64,000 nucleotides of DNA from a virus, in the IMG/VR virus record IMGVR_UViG_3300048074_000120, positions 32,001-96,000 of that record; one strand, written 5' to 3'. Below the pieces are notes generated by a model. It saw nothing but the letters and a program-made list of their open reading frames with translations. It made no database searches and had not been told where the DNA came from. The translations under genes were made by a program, and so were the position numbers. Positions 38,255 through 47,109 of the stretch are shown here, piece after piece. Within the stretch, counting starts at the first letter, position 1. Every line of letters begins with the position of its first letter.

Positions 38255-39692
38255 GGAGACCCGTGGCGCTGTTGTCCGAAGCCGCTCGAGCCATTCTTCG
38301 CTGCTGATCGAGCGGCAGCGACATGAAGATGCCCCAAGGGTCCTTCTTGAATTCCTTCTTGAAGTCAGGTCCGTAATCGTCCGCCAAGGTAATGCCGGCA
38401 GTCACTGAATAGTTGGCAATTTGACGCTTGGTGACGTAATCGTTGCCGCTCAGCCAACTGTCCCCGTCGTCGGCTGCAGTCTTTTCCACGCCAAACGTCG
38501 AGGCATAGGGGTCTAGCACTGCCTTATCGTAAAGGTGGTCAATCTCCGCGAGCTTATCGAACTCACCGAGCGTCTCACAAAATAGGTCTGGGCCGAGCTC
38601 CTCACGGTGCGCGTAGAGCACCTCAAGCACTGCGGCCTGCTTTTCCAGCAGGTGGGGCAAGCGCATGTCGTAGGCCATTTGACTCTGCTCTTCGGGGGCA
38701 AACGTTGACGACGCATACGCCGCGGCTGTCTTACTGAACTCGATACCAAGCTCCGCTGCCCGGGGCACCAGGTTGACCGCGAACTCGCGGCGCATGGCCG
38801 GCTCCATCTGGTTCGAATGCGTATCGAAGTAGGCCGAAGCCATCTTGACTTGGTCATAGCTGTCCAAGGGGAATACACCCCCGACGGCGTAGCGTGACGC
38901 AGCCTTTTCCTTGATCAGCTTGGGCGGCTCCTTATTGAGCACGCCGATGTGGGGACGAAGTGCTGCAACAGGGGCCTGCGGCGCCTTATCGTACTGCTCT
39001 CCAGCTGTGCCCCGCGTGGTCTCGAGCTCGGGCGGCACATCACCGCGGTGCCCGTCTACCAAGTGCCCCACAGCGGCCGACTTCATCACGCTCGTATTGC
39101 TGCTACCAGGCTTGCCGCGGGCACCCGCCGCTGCCAAATCCCCAGGAGGCTGGCTAGGCATGAGGCTTGTCCCTGTGAGCTCCGCACCCTTCAGCATGCC
39201 ACCGAGCGCGCGCTGATTCTGGGGAGTAAGTACCTGACCACCAGCGGCGCTGTTCGCAGCAAGGTTCTGGCTGAGCGCGCCCGCAGCCCCTTTGATTTGA
39301 GACGGAGCCGTGAGCGCTGTGAGCACTGTGTTGACGCCAAGCGCAACCTTCTCAAGCGCTTCAGGAACTTCAATCCCGTACCAGGCGCACGCGACCTTGA
39401 GGTTCTCTGCAGCAAGCTTTTGGGCCTCGGGGGGCAACTTGTGCCCGTGCTTGAAGAAGTACGCCACGTTGAGCTCGGTGTTACCGGCATCGACACACGC
39501 ATACTTTCGAAGACGATCATCCCCGTTCATCAACACCAGGGCAAATACATCATCGGGCAACGCGTCTCGCACATCGGAGGTCAACACCTGCGCGGTCTTC
39601 ACCGTCTCAGGCACTACATCCAACGAGGGGAAGATGCTCTTGAGATCGCTCGGGTTGTCGTACAGGTCCAAAACAAGGCCGGTAGTTTGCAT
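38241..39692 (-). CDS. head-associated structural protein (K-x-A rich)
   Basis: 483 aa, GGAGA RBS, 14 K-x-A motifs. Confidence 0.8.
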   Translation of the reverse strand: MQTTGLVLDLYDNPSDLKSIFPSLDVVPETVKTAQVLTSDVRDALPDDVFALVLMNGDDRLRKYACVDAGNTELNVAYFFKHGHKLPPEAQKLAAENLKVACAWYGIEVPEALEKVALGVNTVLTALTAPSQIKGAAGALSQNLAANSAAGGQVLTPQNQRALGGMLKGAELTGTSLMPSQPPGDLAAAGARGKPGSSNTSVMKSAAVGHLVDGHRGDVPPELETTRGTAGEQYDKAPQAPVAALRPHIGVLNKEPPKLIKEKAASRYAVGGVFPLDSYDQVKMASAYFDTHSNQMEPAMRREFAVNLVPRAAELGIEFSKTAAAYASSTFAPEEQSQMAYDMRLPHLLEKQAAVLEVLYAHREELGPDLFCETLGEFDKLAEIDHLYDKAVLDPYASTFGVEKTAADDGDSWLSGNDYVTKRQIANYSVTAGITLADDYGPDFKKEFKKDPWGIFMSLPLDQQRRMARAASDNSATGLHDVQ

Positions 39693-39801
39693 TGAGGCTT
39701 CTCCAATAGCGCAATCAGACAGTTATACCATTGAAAGGATACGAGAACATCAGGGAAAAGAGAACTGAGGCAAAGGACAGATAGCTAGCGTTAGGAGAAC
39801 T

Positions 39802-40329
39802 ATGCTGAAAACCAACTACACCACAGAGGAAAAACCAAATTGCTTCGGGAAAATGTACGCAGCCTCAGCGCCAGAATGTGTCGGAGGACATGACCCAGCA
39901 TACCTCAATGAGGAGAACGGAACGCGGGTAAGAGATCGTTGCAACTTCGCGTCATCCTGCGCGGTACAAATGCAAGCCTACAGAAATGCAGGCTCGCCAG
40001 TACATGTGCCGGTTACAAACTTGACAAGACCGGTGACTTCGTTCACTCCAACAAGTCCAGTAGCCCGCCCGCCATGGACTCCACAGCCGCCACAAGCCCC
40101 GATGCAGCCTCAGCAGTGGCAACACGGCGCCCAGCAAATGATGCCCATCAACCACTACATGCCGCAGTACCTGACCGCACGACAGCCCGTCGTCCCCGGT
40201 CAAAGCATGGCCAAGCGCCTACTCATCGAGGCAGGACGCTCTATCGGCAAATCCCTCGGGCATACGATAGCCCACTTCTTCGATGTGGAGATCTTTGGTG
40301 CCGGAGGTAATAAGCCGAACGGGGGATAA
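39802..40329 (+). CDS. hypothetical protein (Cys-rich N-terminus, Pro/Gln-rich linker)
   Basis: AGGAG RBS; C...C...C...C N-terminal cluster. Confidence 0.7.
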   Translation: MLKTNYTTEEKPNCFGKMYAASAPECVGGHDPAYLNEENGTRVRDRCNFASSCAVQMQAYRNAGSPVHVPVTNLTRPVTSFTPTSPVARPPWTPQPPQAPMQPQQWQHGAQQMMPINHYMPQYLTARQPVVPGQSMAKRLLIEAGRSIGKSLGHTIAHFFDVEIFGAGGNKPNGG

Positions 40330-40337
40330 GGAATCGA

Positions 40338-42170
40338 ATGAAGCTCATCAAGCGTGATCCAAACCTCGCCTACCTAGACAACACGCTCTGGATACCCAAG
40401 AGCCAGATCAATGTGGAAGGCGTAAAGCACGCGCTCGAGTTTGAGCTTCCAGAACGCAACATGATCAAGGTGCTTCAGCTTTGGGAGGAAGCTGAGCACC
40501 ACCTGATCGTCCCCCGCGCATTCTGGAAGCCAGAAGACTTGAGCTTCCCGTGCATCGACTGCCGCCCCGAGTACTTCCCGAGAGCGGACATCCGCAGCAA
40601 CATCTGCCTCGACATGAAGCCAGGCCCTGGTGGGCTACTACAACAGACGGGCAGCGACCTGCAAAAGAGAGCCATTGAAGCACTCCTCAAAGCCACAGGA
40701 GGGACGCTTCAACTGGCTTGCGGCAAGGGCAAGACAGTGGTTGCTCTTCACTTAGCCTCCCTTCTCAAAGTACCCGTCATCATTGCCGTGGACAACACGC
40801 ACTTGCTACGGCAATGGCAAGAGGAAATAGCCAAGCACTTGGTTGTGCCGGGCGGGGTTGGGCTAATACAAGGGCAGGTCAAGGACTGGAAGAAAGACAT
40901 CGTGATGGCCACCTACCAGACGTTGGCACGGTGGGCGGACACGATGCCGGAACACATACGCCGTCGCTTTGGCCTTGTCATCTGGGACGAGGGGCACCAC
41001 GTCAATGCCCCTACCTTCTCGAAGTCAGCGCCTCTTTTTTACGGTTATCGTTTGGCGCTGACGGCAACGCCCGACAGATTGGATGGCTCGCACGTCATCT
41101 GCCAGCACCACGTGGGCGACATCATCTTCAAGGACGTCATCCAGGACTGCCCGCCCAGCATCACATTCAAATGGACCGGGTACCGCCTCGACCTCGAAAG
41201 TGATGAAGTCAAAAAAGAGGTCTGCGACAAGAACAGCGAAATCCACCTCGGCAAAATCGCCAGCCACTTCGGAGGCAACCGCGACCGCCTCGTCAACATC
41301 GTGCTTCCCGAGGTAGCCCGCCTAGTTGCCATGAAGCACAAGGTACTTGTCCTCTCGTACTCGGTCGATGAGGTCATCAACCTCATGACCCTGTGGACCC
41401 GGCAAGACCCAAACACTCTGCTGTATTCGGAGATACCCTACCCAACTCCGAATGAAGTCGGGGAGACGCTAACCCCCGTCGAGCTAAAGCCAGTGGCGGC
41501 AAAGCGACTGGAGGATACCGCAGCCGAAATTCGCCGAAACCTCAATCGCCAGAATCTCCCAGCGGCTAAACGCACCGCGTTCACCGAGCGCCTAAAAAAC
41601 TACACGACGCTCCTCAAGCAGTTCGAGGTCTGGAAAAAGACCGAGAAGGTCTATCGCCAAAGACAACGCCAGTTCATTCAGGCATTGCTCACCGCCCCAA
41701 GCGACTCTGGCCTATTCACAGAAGCAGTCAAACCAGAGGACAGGTTTCAGATGCTGCGCGAGCGACAGGTCATCTTCGCCATCATGAAGTATGGCAAGGA
41801 AGGCCTCGACGACAAAAAGCTCTCAGCCATTGTCGTCAGCGAGCCTATGTCCGACAGAAACACCCTGCAGCAGATCATGGGGCGTCCGCGGAACAAGAGT
41901 AACTCAGAGCTCGTGTTCCTCGAAGACGACATCGCACCGCTAATTGGGCAGTGCCGCAAATTGAGAAGACACCTCCGAGAATGGCCTGTCGAAGAAGGCG
42001 GGCCTTTTAGATACAACCTAGTTGGACACCCAGCGACATTGAGACGGCAAGGAGCCACTACATGGAATCAATTGAGTCAGCAAACAACGGATCGGTGGGA
42101 TCCGCAGAGCAAGAGGCAACCTGGGTTGCGATCACCTGTGGCCCCAACCGGTACATTGCACTCGCGATAG
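40338..42170 (+). CDS. superfamily 2 DNA helicase (UvsW/XPB-like)
   Basis: LACGKGKT, WDEGH, LTATPDR, GKEGLD, QQIMGR. Confidence 0.9.
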   Translation: MKLIKRDPNLAYLDNTLWIPKSQINVEGVKHALEFELPERNMIKVLQLWEEAEHHLIVPRAFWKPEDLSFPCIDCRPEYFPRADIRSNICLDMKPGPGGLLQQTGSDLQKRAIEALLKATGGTLQLACGKGKTVVALHLASLLKVPVIIAVDNTHLLRQWQEEIAKHLVVPGGVGLIQGQVKDWKKDIVMATYQTLARWADTMPEHIRRRFGLVIWDEGHHVNAPTFSKSAPLFYGYRLALTATPDRLDGSHVICQHHVGDIIFKDVIQDCPPSITFKWTGYRLDLESDEVKKEVCDKNSEIHLGKIASHFGGNRDRLVNIVLPEVARLVAMKHKVLVLSYSVDEVINLMTLWTRQDPNTLLYSEIPYPTPNEVGETLTPVELKPVAAKRLEDTAAEIRRNLNRQNLPAAKRTAFTERLKNYTTLLKQFEVWKKTEKVYRQRQRQFIQALLTAPSDSGLFTEAVKPEDRFQMLRERQVIFAIMKYGKEGLDDKKLSAIVVSEPMSDRNTLQQIMGRPRNKSNSELVFLEDDIAPLIGQCRKLRRHLREWPVEEGGPFRYNLVGHPATLRRQGATTWNQLSQQTTDRWDPQSKRQPGLRSPVAPTGTLHSR

Positions 42171-42556
42171 GCACCAGGAAGGACATAGACGTCATTCACA
42201 CCTGTGGGGGCGTTCTTCGCTGCACCGAAGCCTTTGAGTTCGGTAACCCTGTGCAGACGCACCAAGGGCCGCAAGGGATAGAAATCGGCAAGATCCACTA
42301 CTCGACGAGGCTCGACTCCACCCTCTTCAAATGCCCAGTCCAGTTCAACCTGGCCGGATCTACGCTCTACTACATCGAGGACCTCGACAAAAGAGGCGGA
42401 GACTACGACCAATACATGCGGTTCATCCGAAGCGCTAAGATGTCGGCAGAGCAAGCGTACAAGGACCGGGTTAGTCGTTCATCAGGGATCATAGCCGCTA
42501 CAAGCGGGGCGGTAAGTCGTGGAGGAGCTAATGGGCCAGGAAACCGCGGGTACTGA
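42062..42556 (+). CDS. hypothetical protein
   Basis: Own AAGGAG RBS inside the helicase 3' end. Confidence 0.65.
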   Translation: MESIESANNGSVGSAEQEATWVAITCGPNRYIALAIGTRKDIDVIHTCGGVLRCTEAFEFGNPVQTHQGPQGIEIGKIHYSTRLDSTLFKCPVQFNLAGSTLYYIEDLDKRGGDYDQYMRFIRSAKMSAEQAYKDRVSRSSGIIAATSGAVSRGGANGPGNRGY

Positions 42557-43439
42557 TCCCAAGCCAGGGGTCGTGGTCAAGCCAGACTTCAGCAAGCCTC
42601 TGCATGAGCTAGAGCAGGAATGGAACAACTGCTCCAAGTGTGATCTCGGCAAGTACCGACAGGCTAACGGCGGCGATGTGGTCTTTGGGGAAGGAAAGCC
42701 CCGAGGCATTCTATTCGTTGGCAGAAGCCCATCGTCCGTTGATGAAAGACATGGCCGCCCGTATATCGACGACCACGGGGGCAGGCTTCTGCGTAAGTGC
42801 CTGGCCCATTACCGCATTCGCACCTACTACATCACCAACGTCACTGCTTGTAGAGCCTGCGCGCCAGTGCTGGACAACGATGGCCAGCCTCGGATGTATC
42901 CCGAGCGCAACGGAAGACCTGGCGGGATCATCTACCAGGATCAGGCACCTACGACGACGCAGCTCACCACCTGCTCCCCACGCCTGTACCAAGAAATCTA
43001 CAGCATCGACCCCATTGTCATTGTGGCTATGGGGCAATCTGCCGCTTCATTTCTGGCACGGGGCAACGTCAACATCAAAAAGCTTCGAGGCACTCCCATG
43101 GAAATAGAAGTTCCAGGGGCAGGCCACCGAGCGGTGTTGACCTCCAAGAAGAGGGAATGGATACACTCCGTCAAAGGAGTGACAGTACTTCCTACGGAGC
43201 AAAACCAAGTCAGGTACCTCATGGTGCCGACCTACGACGTAGCGACCGTCTATGACAAACGCCACGATGCAGCAGAGGGGAGTCTATTTCAAGACTTCGC
43301 TGGTGATGTATTTCTGGCAAAGGTCATCTACGATCGATACTACGAAGAAACCGAAGGTATGATCCCAGAGGCTTATACGGAAGACGTACCGACGGACATT
43401 CTCGACGAGATGGAATTGGAGGACAGCGAAAATGGCTAA
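42531..43439 (+). CDS. family-4 UDG-fold protein with altered catalytic residues
   Basis: CSKCDL, VVFGEG, YITNVTAC, CSPRL, IVAMG, LRG, PTY; GGAGGAG RBS before 42531. Confidence 0.8.
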   Translation: MGQETAGTDPKPGVVVKPDFSKPLHELEQEWNNCSKCDLGKYRQANGGDVVFGEGKPRGILFVGRSPSSVDERHGRPYIDDHGGRLLRKCLAHYRIRTYYITNVTACRACAPVLDNDGQPRMYPERNGRPGGIIYQDQAPTTTQLTTCSPRLYQEIYSIDPIVIVAMGQSAASFLARGNVNIKKLRGTPMEIEVPGAGHRAVLTSKKREWIHSVKGVTVLPTEQNQVRYLMVPTYDVATVYDKRHDAAEGSLFQDFAGDVFLAKVIYDRYYEETEGMIPEAYTEDVPTDILDEMELEDSENG

Positions 43440-43908
43440 CAAGAAAAGAACACCATCGACCGGCGGAGTTGCCAACGTGACCAAAGCTCCACGGCTCCCA
43501 ATAGCGGAGATACCACAAGTACAAAAGGTGGTTGACCTAAAGCAGGAGATAGACGCGCTCAAAGCCGAACACCCCGGCATCTTCATGAAGCTTGCCGACC
43601 TAGTTGACCAGTACAACACAGCCCTTGAAGAAGCCACCAATGAGGTGCGGTCCCGCGGGGTAACCTGTGGGCCCTTCGAAAACTTCTTCGTGAGCACCAA
43701 GTACGATGCAACGAAGATGTACGAAGAGATTGGAGAAGAGCTGTTCCTGCAGTGTGGCGGGACCAAGGCCAAAGTCCAACAGCTCAAAGTGGATCCCAAC
43801 TTGGTCGAGGCTGCCATCGCATCGGGCAAGATTCCAAAAGAGTGCGTGGACCACTTCCGCACGATCTCCCGCGGCTACCACAAACCTGACCCCATCAACA
43901 TCACATGA
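43432..43908 (+). CDS. hypothetical protein
   Basis: 158 aa, GGAGG RBS, coupled to its neighbours. Confidence 0.7.
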   Translation: MANKKRTPSTGGVANVTKAPRLPIAEIPQVQKVVDLKQEIDALKAEHPGIFMKLADLVDQYNTALEEATNEVRSRGVTCGPFENFFVSTKYDATKMYEEIGEELFLQCGGTKAKVQQLKVDPNLVEAAIASGKIPKECVDHFRTISRGYHKPDPINIT

Positions 43909-44204
43909 GCGGAAACAACTTCACGCGTGTCCGAGAATCTTCCACAGGCAGGCATTCAGAGGCTGGGCAAGTCGTAGGGGACAACTACTCAAAGCTGCTC
44001 TCTAAGACCACGAAGGACCCAGCTAAAGTCGCCATCAGCCTATCTGAGAGCTTGGACTTTGGCGCCATGAAGGTGTCGGCCACCGTAAGCTTGGCTTGCG
44101 ACCAAAACGAACCCACCATCAACAAGGCTGGAGAGCTAGCCTTCAGCAAAGCGCTCGAGCTCTTGCGAGATAGCTGGGCTGAATTCAACAAAGGCGGAGG
44201 CTAA
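43905..44204 (+). CDS. hypothetical protein
   Basis: ATGA overlap with the upstream gene. Confidence 0.65.
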   Translation: MSGNNFTRVRESSTGRHSEAGQVVGDNYSKLLSKTTKDPAKVAISLSESLDFGAMKVSATVSLACDQNEPTINKAGELAFSKALELLRDSWAEFNKGGG

Positions 44205-44206
44205 CC

Positions 44207-44545
44207 ATGCCAGTAAAAGGGATACCTGACTTCGACGGGATAGCGCTACTACAAATCGACCCCATCGACTTCAGCTCTACCGACGTGCGACTAGTGGCAC
44301 ACGGCGCTTTCATCAACTTGACCAACGGCAACACGTACGGAGAAACGACGCTCTCACGCTGGTCAAAAAATACGTTGAACCTGTTGGCACTCCTGCGGGA
44401 AAGTATGGAGCAAGACATGGCTGACGTAGTATTTGTTGCAGACACCATTGGCCAAGATGCCGGGCGGGGAGGATCGCTAGTAAATAAGCCTCCCACCGGC
44501 ATCGGAGAGCATGCCGCTTCTACACCAGAAGCCGGATCCATCTGA
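44207..44545 (+). CDS. hypothetical protein
   Basis: GGAGG RBS. Confidence 0.65.
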   Translation: MPVKGIPDFDGIALLQIDPIDFSSTDVRLVAHGAFINLTNGNTYGETTLSRWSKNTLNLLALLRESMEQDMADVVFVADTIGQDAGRGGSLVNKPPTGIGEHAASTPEAGSI

Positions 44546-44579
44546 CACGCCAGTTCTTGGTGCCATACGTGACCGTATG

Positions 44580-44634
44580 CACAACATGTTGTGGTGCATT
44601 GCGATTGGGTTGACTTATGCGCGACCCAATCGCA
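44580..44634. promoter_or_regulatory. 14-bp palindrome plus 11-bp inverted repeat upstream of helicase
   Basis: CACAACATGTTGTG at 44580-44593; TGCGATTGGGT-N13-ACCCAATCGCA at 44600-44634. Confidence 0.55.
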
Positions 44635-44672
44635 GTATCATTCCCCCCTTTTGCCAGATGGAGATCATTTGA

Positions 44673-46103
44673 GTGGCCAACACGGAGCATGCTTTACTGA
44701 GCCACATCATTCGAAAGAGAGAGCTAGAGAAGGCGTTGGAGTGGGGCATAGAATCAGAGGATTTCAAGACAAACGAGGGGGCCGCCATTTTCAAGATGAT
44801 GATGGGCATGTACCGCGATCCGCGAAACATGGGAGGCCTGCTCGGTGAGTACGCTGTAAAAGAGCAATTCCCTGAATTCATCTTCTGCAACGACGAAGGG
44901 ACAAATCTAGACACCTACTGCATGCTGGTGCGCCGCCAGCGGCACCTGCGTAGCAATGCCTCGATAGCTCAGGCGCTGGTAGACACGCAAGACGACCCCA
45001 TAAAGACCGCATCCTCCTGTGCCCATCTGATACAGCAAAAAGTACTTTCGATTGGGTACGGGTCAAGGGACGACGTCAGCTTCGCAGATGCCCTAGGAAG
45101 AGCCATCACCGACCATGACCTCAGGCAGTCCGGTGTCGATCTATCGGTATGCCGCTGGCCTTGGGATCCCTTCAATGAGTCCTCAGGCGGCGTCGAGAAG
45201 GACGACTACATCGTTTTCTACGGCAGACCAAAGAGCAAGAAGTCTTGGGTACTCGCTGAGTTCATCGCCAGCGTGTTCAACCAGAACAAGGTGCCGCTGA
45301 TCTACACAAAGGAGATGACCGCTGACAACATCTTCAAACGCGTCGGCGCCTGCCTGCAAAGACTCCCTTACCAAGAATTCAGACTAGGTCGCCTCTCAGA
45401 AGCTGAACGTGCACGGCTAGCCCAGCTACTAGACTTGGCGCAAGACATCCGACGCTACGCCAAGGACATGGTCTGCCTCGATGGCAAGGACACGGACAAT
45501 GGCGACACCATCGAGTGGCTCACCTCCAAGGTGAAACGGTACAAGCCGGATGTAGTGTTCATCGACGGGCTCTACCTCATGAGCGATAACCGTGGCTCAC
45601 GCGGACAGAAGGACAACTTCCGAGTACAGAACATCTCACGAGCTGCTCGTCAGATGGTGCTAGAGACAGGAGTCCCCCTCGTTGCCACCATGCAGGCTAC
45701 GCGCTCCGCTGCAGCACACAAAGGAGCAAACCTAGACGAGATTGCCTATTCAGACGCCATCGCCCAGGACGTCACAGCAGCAATCCGCGTCATCAACGAA
45801 GACCCCAAGGAGGACGACCCCGACCGTCGCCCCAAAATCACCATGGTAATGGGCGGCGCACGCGAGTTCCATTTCGCAGGGTGCCAAATCTCTGGAATCC
45901 CAGCCACGGACTTCAGCTTCATCCGCAACCTATCCGCCAAGGAGGTCAATAACGCCAAGCAGCGGGATGATCGCCAAGATGAAAAGGCCAGCGGCCAAGC
46001 ACCTGCGAAAGGACCGAGCAAGAAAGAACTGAACTCCATGGCAACTAAGGGCGAAAAGCTCAACTACGCCAAGAGCCCATCACTAAGGGGGCACATCAAA
46101 TGA
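44673..46103 (+). CDS. dnaB: DnaB-like replicative helicase
   Basis: YGRPKSKKSW Walker A variant, KEM, VFIDGLYLM, QATR, IAYSDAIAQD; GTG start with GGAG RBS. Confidence 0.85.
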   Translation: MANTEHALLSHIIRKRELEKALEWGIESEDFKTNEGAAIFKMMMGMYRDPRNMGGLLGEYAVKEQFPEFIFCNDEGTNLDTYCMLVRRQRHLRSNASIAQALVDTQDDPIKTASSCAHLIQQKVLSIGYGSRDDVSFADALGRAITDHDLRQSGVDLSVCRWPWDPFNESSGGVEKDDYIVFYGRPKSKKSWVLAEFIASVFNQNKVPLIYTKEMTADNIFKRVGACLQRLPYQEFRLGRLSEAERARLAQLLDLAQDIRRYAKDMVCLDGKDTDNGDTIEWLTSKVKRYKPDVVFIDGLYLMSDNRGSRGQKDNFRVQNISRAARQMVLETGVPLVATMQATRSAAAHKGANLDEIAYSDAIAQDVTAAIRVINEDPKEDDPDRRPKITMVMGGAREFHFAGCQISGIPATDFSFIRNLSAKEVNNAKQRDDRQDEKASGQAPAKGPSKKELNSMATKGEKLNYAKSPSLRGHIK

Positions 46104-47074
46104 GCAACGATACGTCATCCACGGCCCACATAAAGGACACCGTCTACAAGCACCTATCCAAAGTGCGTCCGGCAGGTCCAGACAACTTGGTGGCAGTCTG
46201 CCCATTTCATGATGACTCAAACCCCTCCTTTGCCATCGATATCCACACAGGACTCTGGCTTTGCTACGCCTGCGGAGAAAAGGGTAACTTCAGGAGCTTT
46301 CTAAGTAAGCTCGGGATGAGCCGTGACGAGATCCGGTTTCATTACGGCAAAACGTTAGAAGAGCTCAAGCAGAATGCGCCTCCACCTCCAGACCCCGGCA
46401 GGCCCGGCGTCGTCATGGAATCAAACCGTCGTATACCGGAGGAATTGCTCGGCATCTTTCACAGGTGCCCGCGATCTCTTTTAGCTGATGGTTATTCACG
46501 AAAGACTCTGAAGAGCTTTGGGGTGGGGGTAGACCTGCTGCACAAGCGGATCACCTACCCCCTGCGTGACCTCATGGGCCATCTCGTGGGGATCAGCGGC
46601 AGGTCCATCAACAATGCATCCCCGATGCGGTACAAGGTCTACAAGGAAGAATACAAAGCGTGGGACCTACCTCCCTACGAGACCGACAAGAAGTGCCTCC
46701 TCTGGAACGCGCATAGGGTGCTGCCGGCAGTAATGAACCAAGAGCTTCCGGAAATCGTCATTGTTGAAGGGTTCAAGGCTTGCATGTGGCTAACACAAGC
46801 TGGTATCCCTAACGTCGTGGCACTGATGACCAAGACCATGAGCTGGGAGCAGCAGTGGATTTTGGAAAAGCTAAGCAGCAGCTATGTCCTCATGTTGGAC
46901 AATGACGAGGCGGGAATGGATGGCTACGTGACCATCAGCAGAGAACTGGCAAAATGCTCACCGCTAGTGAAGATCGTAGAGTACGACAAGCCACAACCAA
47001 CAGATGTTCCTTTAGAAGAACTTCCTCAACTCATAGCATCGGCAGTCAATTACAACGAAATCATGGTTACCTAA
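46100..47074 (+). CDS. DNA primase (CHC2 zinc finger + Toprim)
   Basis: CPFHDDSNPSF...CYACG, IVEGFKA, DNDEAG. Confidence 0.9.
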   Translation: MSNDTSSTAHIKDTVYKHLSKVRPAGPDNLVAVCPFHDDSNPSFAIDIHTGLWLCYACGEKGNFRSFLSKLGMSRDEIRFHYGKTLEELKQNAPPPPDPGRPGVVMESNRRIPEELLGIFHRCPRSLLADGYSRKTLKSFGVGVDLLHKRITYPLRDLMGHLVGISGRSINNASPMRYKVYKEEYKAWDLPPYETDKKCLLWNAHRVLPAVMNQELPEIVIVEGFKACMWLTQAGIPNVVALMTKTMSWEQQWILEKLSSSYVLMLDNDEAGMDGYVTISRELAKCSPLVKIVEYDKPQPTDVPLEELPQLIASAVNYNEIMVT

Positions 47075-47109
47075 GTGAGGCCCTGAGCGGCCACAGAAAG
47101 TGAAACGCA

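Noticed and set aside
40325-40331. GATAAGG as a promoter-motif copy
   Set aside because: Fully explained by the stop codon TAA plus the RBS of the helicase gene.
42062-42170. Frameshift linking the SF2 helicase to the next ORF
   Set aside because: The downstream ORF has its own AAGGAG RBS and ATG, and I saw no slippery heptamer.
44610-44641. sigma70 promoter TTGACT...TATCAT before dnaB
   Set aside because: The spacer is 20 nt, too long; the inverted repeats are reported instead.
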